Source: Bacilli bacterium (lineage in GTDB: Bacteria; Bacillota; Bacilli; Paenibacillales; NBRC-103111). From it: a stretch of 64,000 nt of DNA. Both the position numbers and the translations under genes were made by a program. Positions 47,014 through 55,289 of the stretch are shown here, in pieces (position 1 is the stretch's first letter; every line of letters begins with the position of its first letter). Location of the stretch: the NCBI GenBank assembly GCA_028287395.1, contig JAQBPR010000026.1, positions 914 to 64,913 on the forward strand. The letters are read 5' to 3'. Below the pieces are notes generated by a model that had not been told where the DNA came from, searched no databases, and was given only the letters and a program-made list of their open reading frames with translations.

Positions 47014-47184
47014 TAAAGAGTGTTCAAAAAATGGCGACGTGGAGTAATGGGTGTGCTTGTAAAGTTTACGTGCCGACTTTGAAAATAAGTTTCCTCCTTC
47101 GTCCATTCAAGAAACTCATTTTCAACTGAAGCTGGAAAGCACATTCATTACGCAACATAGCAATACTTTTTGAACACATCTCTA
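47014..47184. mobile_element. MITE-like element, copy B, between the kinase and regulator genes
   Basis: Ends TAAAGAGTGTTCAAAAA / TTTTTGAACACATCTCTA; internal stems GTAATGGGTGTGCTT/AAGCACATTCATTAC and TTGAAAATAAGTTTC/GAAACTCATTTTCAA. Confidence 0.75.
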
Positions 47185-47199
47185 AATAAGGAGACTAAG

Positions 47200-47856
47200 A
47201 TGATTCATTTATTAATAGTGGATGATGATCCATTTATTCGCGAAAGCTTAAAGCTGATCCTTGATTTAGACGACGCTATATCTGTAGCGGGTACATGCAC
47301 CAATGGAAACGAAGCGCTTGAATTTATTCGTCAAAACAGCACCATAAATGTCGTTGTAATGGACATCCGCATGCCTGAGTGTGATGGCGTTGAGGGCACT
47401 TTGAAAATCAAACAATTTGCCCCTGACATTGCTATTCTGATTTTGACCACATTTGATGACGATGAATATATCATCGAGGCGCTAAAAAATGGAGCCAATG
47501 GTTATCTCCTCAAAAATATCGCTCCCGATCGTATCATTGAAGGAATTAAAACCGTTCGCAATGGCAATCTGCTGATCCATCCCAGCATTGCTAAAAAGCT
47601 GACTGGACTGCTTCAGCCTAAAAAACAAGAGTCCGTTCCTGTAAAAGCCTGTGATTTACTCGGGCAGTACAATTTAACAGCGGCTGAACAACAAGTAGTC
47701 CATAAAATTGCAGAAGGTAAATCCAACAAAGAGATCGCCCAAGAGCTTTTTCTTAGTGAAGGAACGGTGAAAAATTATATTACAGAAATTTTGAGCAAGC
47801 TTTCCCTGCGAGATCGAACGCAAATTGCCATATTTTATTTAAAAAATCAATCATAA
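47200..47856 (+). CDS. NarL/LuxR-family response regulator
   Basis: 'LIVDDD', 'MDIRMP', 'LTTFDDD', HTH 'GKSNKEIAQELFLSEGTVKNY'; start 47200 behind AAGGAG. Confidence 0.94.
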   Translation: MIHLLIVDDDPFIRESLKLILDLDDAISVAGTCTNGNEALEFIRQNSTINVVVMDIRMPECDGVEGTLKIKQFAPDIAILILTTFDDDEYIIEALKNGANGYLLKNIAPDRIIEGIKTVRNGNLLIHPSIAKKLTGLLQPKKQESVPVKACDLLGQYNLTAAEQQVVHKIAEGKSNKEIAQELFLSEGTVKNYITEILSKLSLRDRTQIAIFYLKNQS

Positions 47857-47869
47857 AGGATGTCCTACT

Positions 47870-48511
47870 ATGCCATTTACCGGATTTACACCAACAGATT
47901 TTGCCACTTTTACGATCGACGGGCTTGAAGCACGAATGACCGCCATTCGCGAAAGAATACAGCCCAAATTCCAAATAGTCGGGAAATTATTATGTGACGA
48001 AGCCTCTATGCTTGCCGGCAACGAAATGTATCTTCACATTGCGAAGCATGCACGACGAAAAGTAAATGTTCCTCAGGATACTTGGCTTGCGATTTGTGAT
48101 AATAAGCGCGGGTATAAACAGCACCCTCATTTCCAATTGGGTCTTTTTGATGATCATGTGTTTGTTTGGTTCGCTCTAATTTACGAAGTTCCCTATAAAA
48201 AAATGATTGCCGAAACTTATTTACGCCATATCGCAAAAATCAGAAAAATCATTCCAAAAAATTATGTAATCTCACTGGATCATATGAAAAAGTCTGCAAC
48301 ATCCGCTGGTGACTTTTCGGAGCAGCAATGGAAAAAAACGTTGGAACAGTTCCGTGATGTTCAAAAGGTTGAGCTGCTCATTGGCCGTCATTTCGCTTCT
48401 AACGATCCCATCTTGCAAGATGGCTCAGCATTTGAACGCGAAGCACAAGCAACGATTGAAACGTTATTCCCGTTATATACGCTTGCTCGTGCTGCAAACC
48501 CAAAACAATGA
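47870..48511 (+). CDS. yktB: YktB/DUF1054 (UPF0637) family protein
   Basis: 'IDGLEARM', 'HIAKHARRKVN', 'KRGYKQHPHFQLGL'. Confidence 0.88.
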   Translation: MPFTGFTPTDFATFTIDGLEARMTAIRERIQPKFQIVGKLLCDEASMLAGNEMYLHIAKHARRKVNVPQDTWLAICDNKRGYKQHPHFQLGLFDDHVFVWFALIYEVPYKKMIAETYLRHIAKIRKIIPKNYVISLDHMKKSATSAGDFSEQQWKKTLEQFRDVQKVELLIGRHFASNDPILQDGSAFEREAQATIETLFPLYTLARAANPKQ

Positions 48512-48601
48512 ACAAAAAAATTAGTGCATATTTTAGTAAAAATATAAAGTTTTGTACAAAATAAAGAGGAGGTCATTAAATCACCAAGGAGGATTCACTA
48601 A

Positions 48602-49285
48602 TTGAATATTTTACAAAGCAAAAAATGTTGGATAAGCCTGTTGACCATTTCCTTAATCATGGTCAGCTCAGTCATTAGTGGAGCAGGCTCTACTGTGCAT
48701 GCGAATGCTCCCGGAACTGCAAGTACACACTATCATCCCAAAGATGATAAACAGAAACCGATGCCCATTATCGATGAAGCAGCTTCTGTTTTAGGCATAA
48801 GCGCTGAGAAGCTGACCCAATCATTAAGCGGTGGCAAAAGCTTGCTTGATGTTGCCAAGGAGCAAGGGATAAGCGAAGTGGATTTTTCTAACAAACTGCT
48901 TGCCAGACGAATCATGAAAGTGGATGAAGCAGTGAAAGCCGGCAAAATCACAAAGGAAAAGGCAGACCACATTAAAGCGAAAATGCAGGAGCATATAAGC
49001 TTTATGATTACCAGTAAGAACTTGAAGGAACTACAAGCAAGAGGTCATCGCAAAGAACATCATCACGAAGCGAACCAAACTATGAGCCCGGAAAGAATGG
49101 CTGCTCTTATTGGAATAAGTGAGGATAAGTTCGTAGAACAGCTCAAGTCAGGCAAATCTATCGCTGAAATCGCTCAAACCCATGGCATAAACAAACAACA
49201 GTTAATCAGTAAAATCAAAGACCAATTAACCCCTTATCTTGAGAAAGCCATCGAATATAAAGGTGTTTCTCATGCAACCCCTTAA
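48602..49285 (+). CDS. Exported hypothetical protein with two HTH-like repeats
   Basis: Signal peptide ending 'VHA'; repeats 'VLGIS...GKSLLDVAKEQGIS' and 'LIGIS...GKSIAEIAQTHGIN'. Confidence 0.75.
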   Translation: MNILQSKKCWISLLTISLIMVSSVISGAGSTVHANAPGTASTHYHPKDDKQKPMPIIDEAASVLGISAEKLTQSLSGGKSLLDVAKEQGISEVDFSNKLLARRIMKVDEAVKAGKITKEKADHIKAKMQEHISFMITSKNLKELQARGHRKEHHHEANQTMSPERMAALIGISEDKFVEQLKSGKSIAEIAQTHGINKQQLISKIKDQLTPYLEKAIEYKGVSHATP

Positions 49286-49307
49286 TTAAACGCAGACCGT
49301 TTCAAAA

Positions 49308-49351
49308 CCAAAAAGCATCCCGAACCACTATGTGGTTGGGATGCTTTTTGG
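49308..49351. terminator. Bidirectional terminator
   Basis: CCAAAAAGCATCCC...GGGATGCTTTTTGG. Confidence 0.88.
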
Positions 49352-49372
49352 TAAGCCTGTTCACATAATAAA

Positions 49373-49762
49373 TTATACAATCAAGCTGCTGATCACAAAA
49401 CCCATGCCAATATAGACAAAGGCGAGTAACGCTCCTACAGCTACGTTTCCATCACGCAAATGTTCCGATACCTTTAATTTTGGAGTTACCCAATCAAAAA
49501 TCCAATAAGTCGCGAATAAGCATACATACCCAATTCCAAACCAAAGGCTCATATGCCATATGGATGAATTCGAATAAGCAGAAATACCTAAAATAATAGC
49601 CGTAGCCAAAAACTGCCCGCCCATAGCCAGAGCAACCGCAGCATTCCCTTTTCTCAATTGCTCCATATCATCAAACGGAGTCATTAAGCTAAACAAAAAC
49701 ATGCCAACCAATTGAAGAATAATCATCACAACTAAGCTTGCTAAAATGTTAACAGCGATCAT
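49373..49762 (-). CDS. DUF350 (YjfL/YshE-like) membrane protein
   Basis: Two repeats 'TPFDDMEQLRKGNAAVA' and 'TPKLKVSEHLRDGNVAVG'; four TMs; ATGA overlap with the upstream gene. Confidence 0.88.
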   Translation of the reverse strand: MIAVNILASLVVMIILQLVGMFLFSLMTPFDDMEQLRKGNAAVALAMGGQFLATAIILGISAYSNSSIWHMSLWFGIGYVCLFATYWIFDWVTPKLKVSEHLRDGNVAVGALLAFVYIGMGFVISSLIV

Positions 49763-50427
49763 TCGCCCCACCCCCTGAATTTGGCCATCGTATCGTCATA
49801 ATTTTCATAATTATGAACTTCCTCCAGCGAAACTTTCACTTTCTTCTTACTCTTAAAGGACGCATAACGCTCTTCGCTGATCGGCTGTTTGATGTCATTG
49901 CCAGTAGGCAAAGTAATCACAGCAAACTCACGAAATTTTCCATTATCTTCAGTTTTATATACTCCGACAAGATCGACTTGCGTGTCAATCTGGTCTTTCA
50001 AATTAAGCAGATCCTTGTCAGCCGCATCCTTCGTTTTATAAGACTTAATAGGCTTCCAGGGTGATAATACCACATTGGTCTTACCACTTTTATCTGCATT
50101 CATTTCAGCGTACATATAACTAAGCGTCCAAATCTTGTCTCCCGTGGCATAGTTATCGTCGTTAGCCAATAGTTGATTGTCAGGTAAAATAGTCATGTCC
50201 CCGTTAATCAAATCCCCTACTGATTTTTCTTCGATTTTATAATCCCATGGAACGACCGTCTGATTGCTATTTGAAGTTTGTCCTGAGCTTGAGCTAGAAG
50301 AAGTAGATTTCACTGAACCGCGATCAAATGCATTTGTTTTCGAGTGGAACATATTTCCGATCAACCATATAACTAAAATGATGACGGCACCGATAATAAG
50401 AACGCTTGTAAATCTATTTTGTCTCAA
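49759..50427 (-). CDS. Single-pass membrane hypothetical protein with a Ser-rich linker
   Basis: N-terminal TM, 'STSSSSSSG' linker, beta-rich C-terminal domain; starts immediately after the ligase stop. Confidence 0.75.
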   Translation of the reverse strand: MRQNRFTSVLIIGAVIILVIWLIGNMFHSKTNAFDRGSVKSTSSSSSSGQTSNSNQTVVPWDYKIEEKSVGDLINGDMTILPDNQLLANDDNYATGDKIWTLSYMYAEMNADKSGKTNVVLSPWKPIKSYKTKDAADKDLLNLKDQIDTQVDLVGVYKTEDNGKFREFAVITLPTGNDIKQPISEERYASFKSKKKVKVSLEEVHNYENYDDTMAKFRGWGE

Positions 50428-51618
50428 CTATTTCACCCCCATCGCAACAAAATGACTGGCATTTCCGGTAATTAGTCCCCCTGCTCGACCAAGCAAGCCA
50501 CAAGGTGCACCATTAATCATAAAAACACCCGTTAATAAGTGATATTCCCCGCAATGAAGCGAAATTCGCGGTAATTCAGCCCGTTCTTGAAATACTCTAG
50601 CAAAAAATTCACTTGTATCAAAGCCATCTTCATCTTTTAAATCAATTTGACCTTGGGCATCGAACATTTGAACAGAGCCACCCTCACGACCAAACATCGA
50701 TTTAGAAACAAAATTCCCGTCAAATACTTGGGTATTATACGTTTGCAGCATATATTTTTCAATCACATCATGTTCAGTTGAATCAAACAAATGGGAACCA
50801 AGCTCGTGGAGTCCCCATATGACTGATTGCAGCCCTTTGGATTGAAGCAATATGGCATGTAAAGGGTTGTACAATTTAACATTTCCGGTCTCAATTGCAT
50901 AGGATAAAGCTTCGCCGCCCTCATCAACTGCCATCCATTCCTTTGGGTACAAAGCGAACAAACTGTGGATGGATTGATCTGTTCCTGCTTTTAATATCCC
51001 CTCATCTACCCATAAGTCAAGACAATCCACACATTTAATGGAACGCCCGCTATGTTGGACCAGCATATCAATAGTGCCTGAATCCTCTAAATGGCTTCCA
51101 TAAGCAACACAAGCAGCGTACTCCGGTTGTTCTATTGCCCACGCTTCTTTTACGCGAGCAGCCATTTCAATGTTTGGAGAATACAGTCCATGCTGCTGAC
51201 ACATCCAAGGGGTAACTACGGCAGCTTCCACATAGCCTGTTGGCGTATCCGCATTTAATTCCAGCAGCTTAATCTTACCTTCGAGTGATATCGAAAAATC
51301 AAAGCGAGCATAACGGCTAAGCACCCCGATTGCATGGGGTTCAAGCAGATCTAATCCATCCCATAGCACAGGCGGAATCGAAAGCTGTTCATATAAATCA
51401 TGCTTACCTACAACAAATCGCGCTGCCTTATCAAAAATATACCATAATTTCTCAGAAGCCTGGAACAGTTCCTCGAAAGATTTACGCTGCATAGCAATCG
51501 TTTGATCAATCCAGTATGGATCGTCATCGAGATCAGCCCAGTTAAAACCGAATCCTTTCAATTCCTGAACCCGCACATTACGATCCAAATAAGGCGTACC
51601 TATCACTTCAAATATCAT
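50428..51618 (-). CDS. Glutathionylspermidine synthase family ATP-grasp ligase (YgiC/YjfC-like, no amidase domain)
   Basis: 'YARFDF...KLLELNADTPTG', 'LYPKEW', 'LLQSKG', 'KSMFGREG'. Confidence 0.9.
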   Translation of the reverse strand: MIFEVIGTPYLDRNVRVQELKGFGFNWADLDDDPYWIDQTIAMQRKSFEELFQASEKLWYIFDKAARFVVGKHDLYEQLSIPPVLWDGLDLLEPHAIGVLSRYARFDFSISLEGKIKLLELNADTPTGYVEAAVVTPWMCQQHGLYSPNIEMAARVKEAWAIEQPEYAACVAYGSHLEDSGTIDMLVQHSGRSIKCVDCLDLWVDEGILKAGTDQSIHSLFALYPKEWMAVDEGGEALSYAIETGNVKLYNPLHAILLQSKGLQSVIWGLHELGSHLFDSTEHDVIEKYMLQTYNTQVFDGNFVSKSMFGREGGSVQMFDAQGQIDLKDEDGFDTSEFFARVFQERAELPRISLHCGEYHLLTGVFMINGAPCGLLGRAGGLITGNASHFVAMGVK

Positions 51619-51619
51619 A

Positions 51620-52324
51620 TTAGCTCCCAAAAGATCCGCCCGAGGATTTACTCGATGAGCTTAAACCGCTGGAATTGCCACCGATTCCTCCTTTGGACGA
51701 AGTAGTAGATTTCGTGGAAGAATTGGATTTTGTTGAAAATGTACCGCTTTTTTGTGAAGTGTTCGGTCTAACTGTTGATCCGGTAGTCGGACGGTTTTGA
51801 AACGTATCAGTGCTAAAAGATTTGGCTTTATAAGGCTGTGAAGTTCCCGCATTAAAAACAGTATTGCTATTATAATAATGATTAGACGAATAAAATCCAC
51901 CACGGTTAAAAATCATATGATACAGCAATAAATCGGTCCAACCGAAACCGCCGCCATAATAACCGCCACCGTTGTTGACTATTACTGTTGAATTAGAATT
52001 CCCGCTTGTGCTGGAGTTGTTTGAACCCGAGTTTGCTTGCGAATCTCCATTACCCTGCTTAGTGTCCGCTGGCATAGGAATATTCCAATCGACACTTGGA
52101 TCATAATATTTTTTGACCTGATCCGATGACCATTCAACTAACTTAGGCTGATCTGCGACGTTTGGCGTCGGAGTAGGTGTAGCCTCAGCAAATGCACTTG
52201 CGCCTAAAAACAAATTAGCTACAAGCGCCAATCCAAGTGAAGTCGATAAAATACGCAGCGGCTTCCCTTTATATGTCCAACGCTCCGAACGAAGAGAATC
52301 TGTTCGAATCTGTTCTTCTTTCAT
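51620..52324 (-). CDS. Exported Gly/Ser-rich protein (YgiB/DUF1190-like analogue)
   Basis: Signal peptide ending 'ASAFA', 'GGGFGWTDLLLYHMIF' segment, tail 'SSKGGIGG...SSGGSFGS'. Confidence 0.75.
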   Translation of the reverse strand: MKEEQIRTDSLRSERWTYKGKPLRILSTSLGLALVANLFLGASAFAEATPTPTPNVADQPKLVEWSSDQVKKYYDPSVDWNIPMPADTKQGNGDSQANSGSNNSSTSGNSNSTVIVNNGGGYYGGGFGWTDLLLYHMIFNRGGFYSSNHYYNSNTVFNAGTSQPYKAKSFSTDTFQNRPTTGSTVRPNTSQKSGTFSTKSNSSTKSTTSSKGGIGGNSSGLSSSSKSSGGSFGS

Positions 52325-52355
52325 ATCGCACGTACTCCTTTCTTAAACCTTACAA

Positions 52356-52577
52356 TTATTTCTCAGCAGCTTCTTCTTGAACTGAAATAACAAGCAATTC
52401 CATTTTACCGGAATTTACATTCAAACGACCTTCAACCATTTCATATTCTTTCTCGTTTACAGATAAATAATTGACGTTCTGCAGCATAGCGATCATCCCT
52501 ACACTCCATGAACGTTCGTCTATTTGAACTAGCTCACCGTTTGCCTTTTTTTCAATAATAATTACATTGTCATTCAT
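52356..52577 (-). CDS. Small hypothetical protein
   Basis: 73 aa, AGGAGG SD, 31 nt upstream of the Gly/Ser-rich gene. Confidence 0.7.
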   Translation of the reverse strand: MNDNVIIIEKKANGELVQIDERSWSVGMIAMLQNVNYLSVNEKEYEMVEGRLNVNSGKMELLVISVQEEAAEK

Positions 52578-52693
52578 TTGTTGAAATCCTCCTATTGAGA
52601 AATCTTTATAATTATATAACGTAATAGAACGGTATTGGTTTCATTAATAAGTACCTTAGCATTTACCATGCTTATTTGTCGAGAATGTTTTTA

Positions 52694-52761
52694 AAATGAG
52701 TGATTACTCGCTTTACAAATATTGCATTGTGTTTTATGATAAATGAGTGATTACTCACTTT
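52694..52761 (+). promoter_or_regulatory. sigA promoter flanked by two TetR-type operators
   Basis: AAATGAGTGATTACTCGCTTT (52694-52714) and AAATGAGTGATTACTCACTTT (52741-52761) around TTTACA-N17-TATGAT. Confidence 0.8.
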
Positions 52762-52776
52762 AATTTATAGGGGGCG

Positions 52777-53514
52777 ATGATAACAATGGCGGTTGAACAA
52801 TGCATCCGGGTTTCCAACGTATTCAAAAGGTTTGGTAAAAATGAAGTATTGCAGAACATTTCACTTGAAGTGCCGAAAGCGCAAATTTTCGGATTATTAG
52901 GACCTTCCGGTTCAGGAAAAACAACATTAGTTAAATTAATTGCTGGAATTGACGAAGCTACCTCAGGTGAAATTTATCTCTTGGGAGCCAAGATGCCAAA
53001 GTTAGAAATGCTCAGTAAAATCGGCTATATGGCTCAATCCGATGCATTGTACATGGAATTGACAGCTCAGGAAAATCTTGAATTTTTCGCTGCTCTTTTC
53101 GGTTTAAACGCAGCTCAACGTAAAAAACGCATTTATGAGGTCATGGAGTTAGTTAATTTGAACGCTTTTTTAAAAAAGCCTGTCTCAAGCTATTCCGGTG
53201 GCATGAAGCGCAGATTATCGCTTGCTATTTCCCTGCTCCACAGTCCGGGAATATTAATTCTGGATGAACCTACAGTCGGAATCGATCCCGTATTAAGAAA
53301 ATCAATATGGGATGAGCTCCAGCTTTTAAGTAACCAAGGAACAACCATTATCGTTACAACCCATGTCATGGACGAAGCAGAAAAATGCGATCGACTCGGC
53401 ATGATCCGTGAAGGAAAGTTAATTGCCGTGGGATCGCCTGATGCGCTCAGACAAGAGACTGGAACGACTAGCATCGAAGAGGCATTTCTTTATTACGGGG
53501 GGATAAAATCATGA
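52777..53514 (+). CDS. ABC transporter ATP-binding protein
   Basis: 'GPSGSGKTT', 'YSGGMKRRLSLA', 'DEPTVGIDP', 'TTHVMDEA'. Confidence 0.94.
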   Translation: MITMAVEQCIRVSNVFKRFGKNEVLQNISLEVPKAQIFGLLGPSGSGKTTLVKLIAGIDEATSGEIYLLGAKMPKLEMLSKIGYMAQSDALYMELTAQENLEFFAALFGLNAAQRKKRIYEVMELVNLNAFLKKPVSSYSGGMKRRLSLAISLLHSPGILILDEPTVGIDPVLRKSIWDELQLLSNQGTTIIVTTHVMDEAEKCDRLGMIREGKLIAVGSPDALRQETGTTSIEEAFLYYGGIKS

Positions 53515-54536
53515 GAGTTCGCGCGTTGGCCGTTCGTATTCTAAAACAATTTTTTCATGACAAACGTACTCTTGCTATGATGATTGCAGCACCTTTGCTG
53601 ATTTTATGGATGATGTCGTTGGTCTTTAACAGCGGTTCGACTGTAGCTAAAATCGGTGCAGTTCAAGTTCCAAGTGCTCTTACTGACATTTTAAGTACAC
53701 AAGGCCTGGAAGTAAACAATTATTCTGTAGAAGAAGCAGCTCAAGCGCTGGAGAAAAACAACATAGATGCGATCATTAGTATGAATGGCCCCCAACCCCA
53801 AGTAAAGCTGGAAGGCAGCGATCCTGGCAAAAACAAAGCGATTATTATGCTTTTACAAAAAACGATGCAGCAGCTTAATCCAATCAACGTAGGAGCAGCA
53901 CCGCAAATTTCCTATCTTCATGGTTCTGAAGCAATGACGTCATTCGATAACATTGGTCCTGTTTTAGTTGGCTTTTTCTCTTTTTTCTTCGTCTTTCTAA
54001 TCGCAGGGGTTTCATTTCTGAAGGAACGTACGAGTGGTACTTTAGAACGTCTATTGGCAACTCCGCTTAAACGGTGGGAAATTGTCGTTGGTTACGTGCT
54101 TGGCTTTGGCATTTTCACCATGCTGCAAGCCACACTCATTGCCTGGTTTGCTACCCAGGTGCTAGGCATGATGATTATAGGTTCGTTTGGCTATGTTTTA
54201 CTCATTACACTGCTTATGTCTTTAACTGCTTTAACTCTCGGTATCTTCTTATCCGCTTTTGCCAATACGGAATTTCAGATGATTCAATTTATTCCGCTCG
54301 TGGTCGTTCCGCAAATATTTTTCTCCGGTTTATTCAGCTTGGATAACATGGCCTTATGGATGCAATGGCTCAGTAAAATTATGCCGTTAACTTACGGTGC
54401 GGACGCATTGCGAAAAATTATGATACGCGGAGAAGGCTGGCCGGATATTGCGGTCGATGCTTATTTACTTATCGGGCTTTCCATATTCTTCATGTTGGCT
54501 AATGTGTTAGCATTGCGCAAGCATCGTAAGATATAG
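53511..54536 (+). CDS. ABC-2 type permease
   Basis: 'ERTSGTLERLLATP', 'QFIPLVVVPQIFFSGLF'. Confidence 0.92.
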   Translation: MRVRALAVRILKQFFHDKRTLAMMIAAPLLILWMMSLVFNSGSTVAKIGAVQVPSALTDILSTQGLEVNNYSVEEAAQALEKNNIDAIISMNGPQPQVKLEGSDPGKNKAIIMLLQKTMQQLNPINVGAAPQISYLHGSEAMTSFDNIGPVLVGFFSFFFVFLIAGVSFLKERTSGTLERLLATPLKRWEIVVGYVLGFGIFTMLQATLIAWFATQVLGMMIIGSFGYVLLITLLMSLTALTLGIFLSAFANTEFQMIQFIPLVVVPQIFFSGLFSLDNMALWMQWLSKIMPLTYGADALRKIMIRGEGWPDIAVDAYLLIGLSIFFMLANVLALRKHRKI

Positions 54537-54581
54537 TAAAGTAATCCCAAACGATCACTAAGATGTTTTGGAGGTAATGCA

Positions 54582-55247
54582 ATGAGTGAGGAAATGGAGC
54601 AATGGATTCAAGAAATGCTCCGCGTAAGCGATGCAGATGATAGAATGACCGATAAACAAATAAAAATCATCAATGCGGCGGTAGAAACCTTTTCAGCAAA
54701 AGGCTTTGCTGGTTCATCAACCAGTGAAATCGCGCAAAAAGCGGGCGTTGCGGAGGGAACTATTTTTCGCCATTATAAAACCAAAAAAGATTTGCTGATT
54801 TCGATCGTTGCACCAACCATGGCGAAATTAATTGCCCCATTCGTTTTAAAAGATTTTAACAAGGTGCTTCATTCAAACTATCCGAATTATGAAGACTTTT
54901 TGCGAGCTGTCATTCGTAATCGCCTTGAATTCGTTCGCAATAACTTACCGATTATTAAAATCATGTTGCATGAAATCCCTTTTCATGCTGAACTGCAGAC
55001 GCAATTTAAGGAGCATGTCGGAAAAAAAGTTTTTCAACGTGTGAAGGAAATTGTCGAGCATTTTCAGAAAGAAGAGCAAATTGTTTCTGTTCCAAGCACC
55101 ACTGTGATCCGCCATGCCATATCGGTCATTATTGGTTTTTTCTTAGCACGTTTTCTGTTGCTCCCCGAGCTGGACTGGAATGAGGAACAAGAGATAAATT
55201 ATAGCATCGACTTTATTATGCACGGACTGGCACCACGCAACAAATAG
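54582..55247 (+). CDS. TetR/AcrR family regulator
   Basis: 'TSEIAQKAGVAEGTIFRHYKTKKDLL'. Confidence 0.94.
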   Translation: MSEEMEQWIQEMLRVSDADDRMTDKQIKIINAAVETFSAKGFAGSSTSEIAQKAGVAEGTIFRHYKTKKDLLISIVAPTMAKLIAPFVLKDFNKVLHSNYPNYEDFLRAVIRNRLEFVRNNLPIIKIMLHEIPFHAELQTQFKEHVGKKVFQRVKEIVEHFQKEEQIVSVPSTTVIRHAISVIIGFFLARFLLLPELDWNEEQEINYSIDFIMHGLAPRNK

Positions 55248-55289
55248 TGTGTTCAAAAAGAAAAGCTATGTTGCGTAATGAATGTGCTT
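55245..55289. mobile_element. Truncated MITE-like end, copy C
   Basis: 55248-55289 matches the reverse complement of 47137-47178 at 39 of 42 positions. Confidence 0.8.

Noticed and set aside
50428-51618. Calling the ATP-grasp enzyme a true glutathionylspermidine synthetase (gsp)
   Set aside because: It lacks the amidase domain and has the YgiC/YjfC-type neighbourhood, whose members are not known to make Gsp
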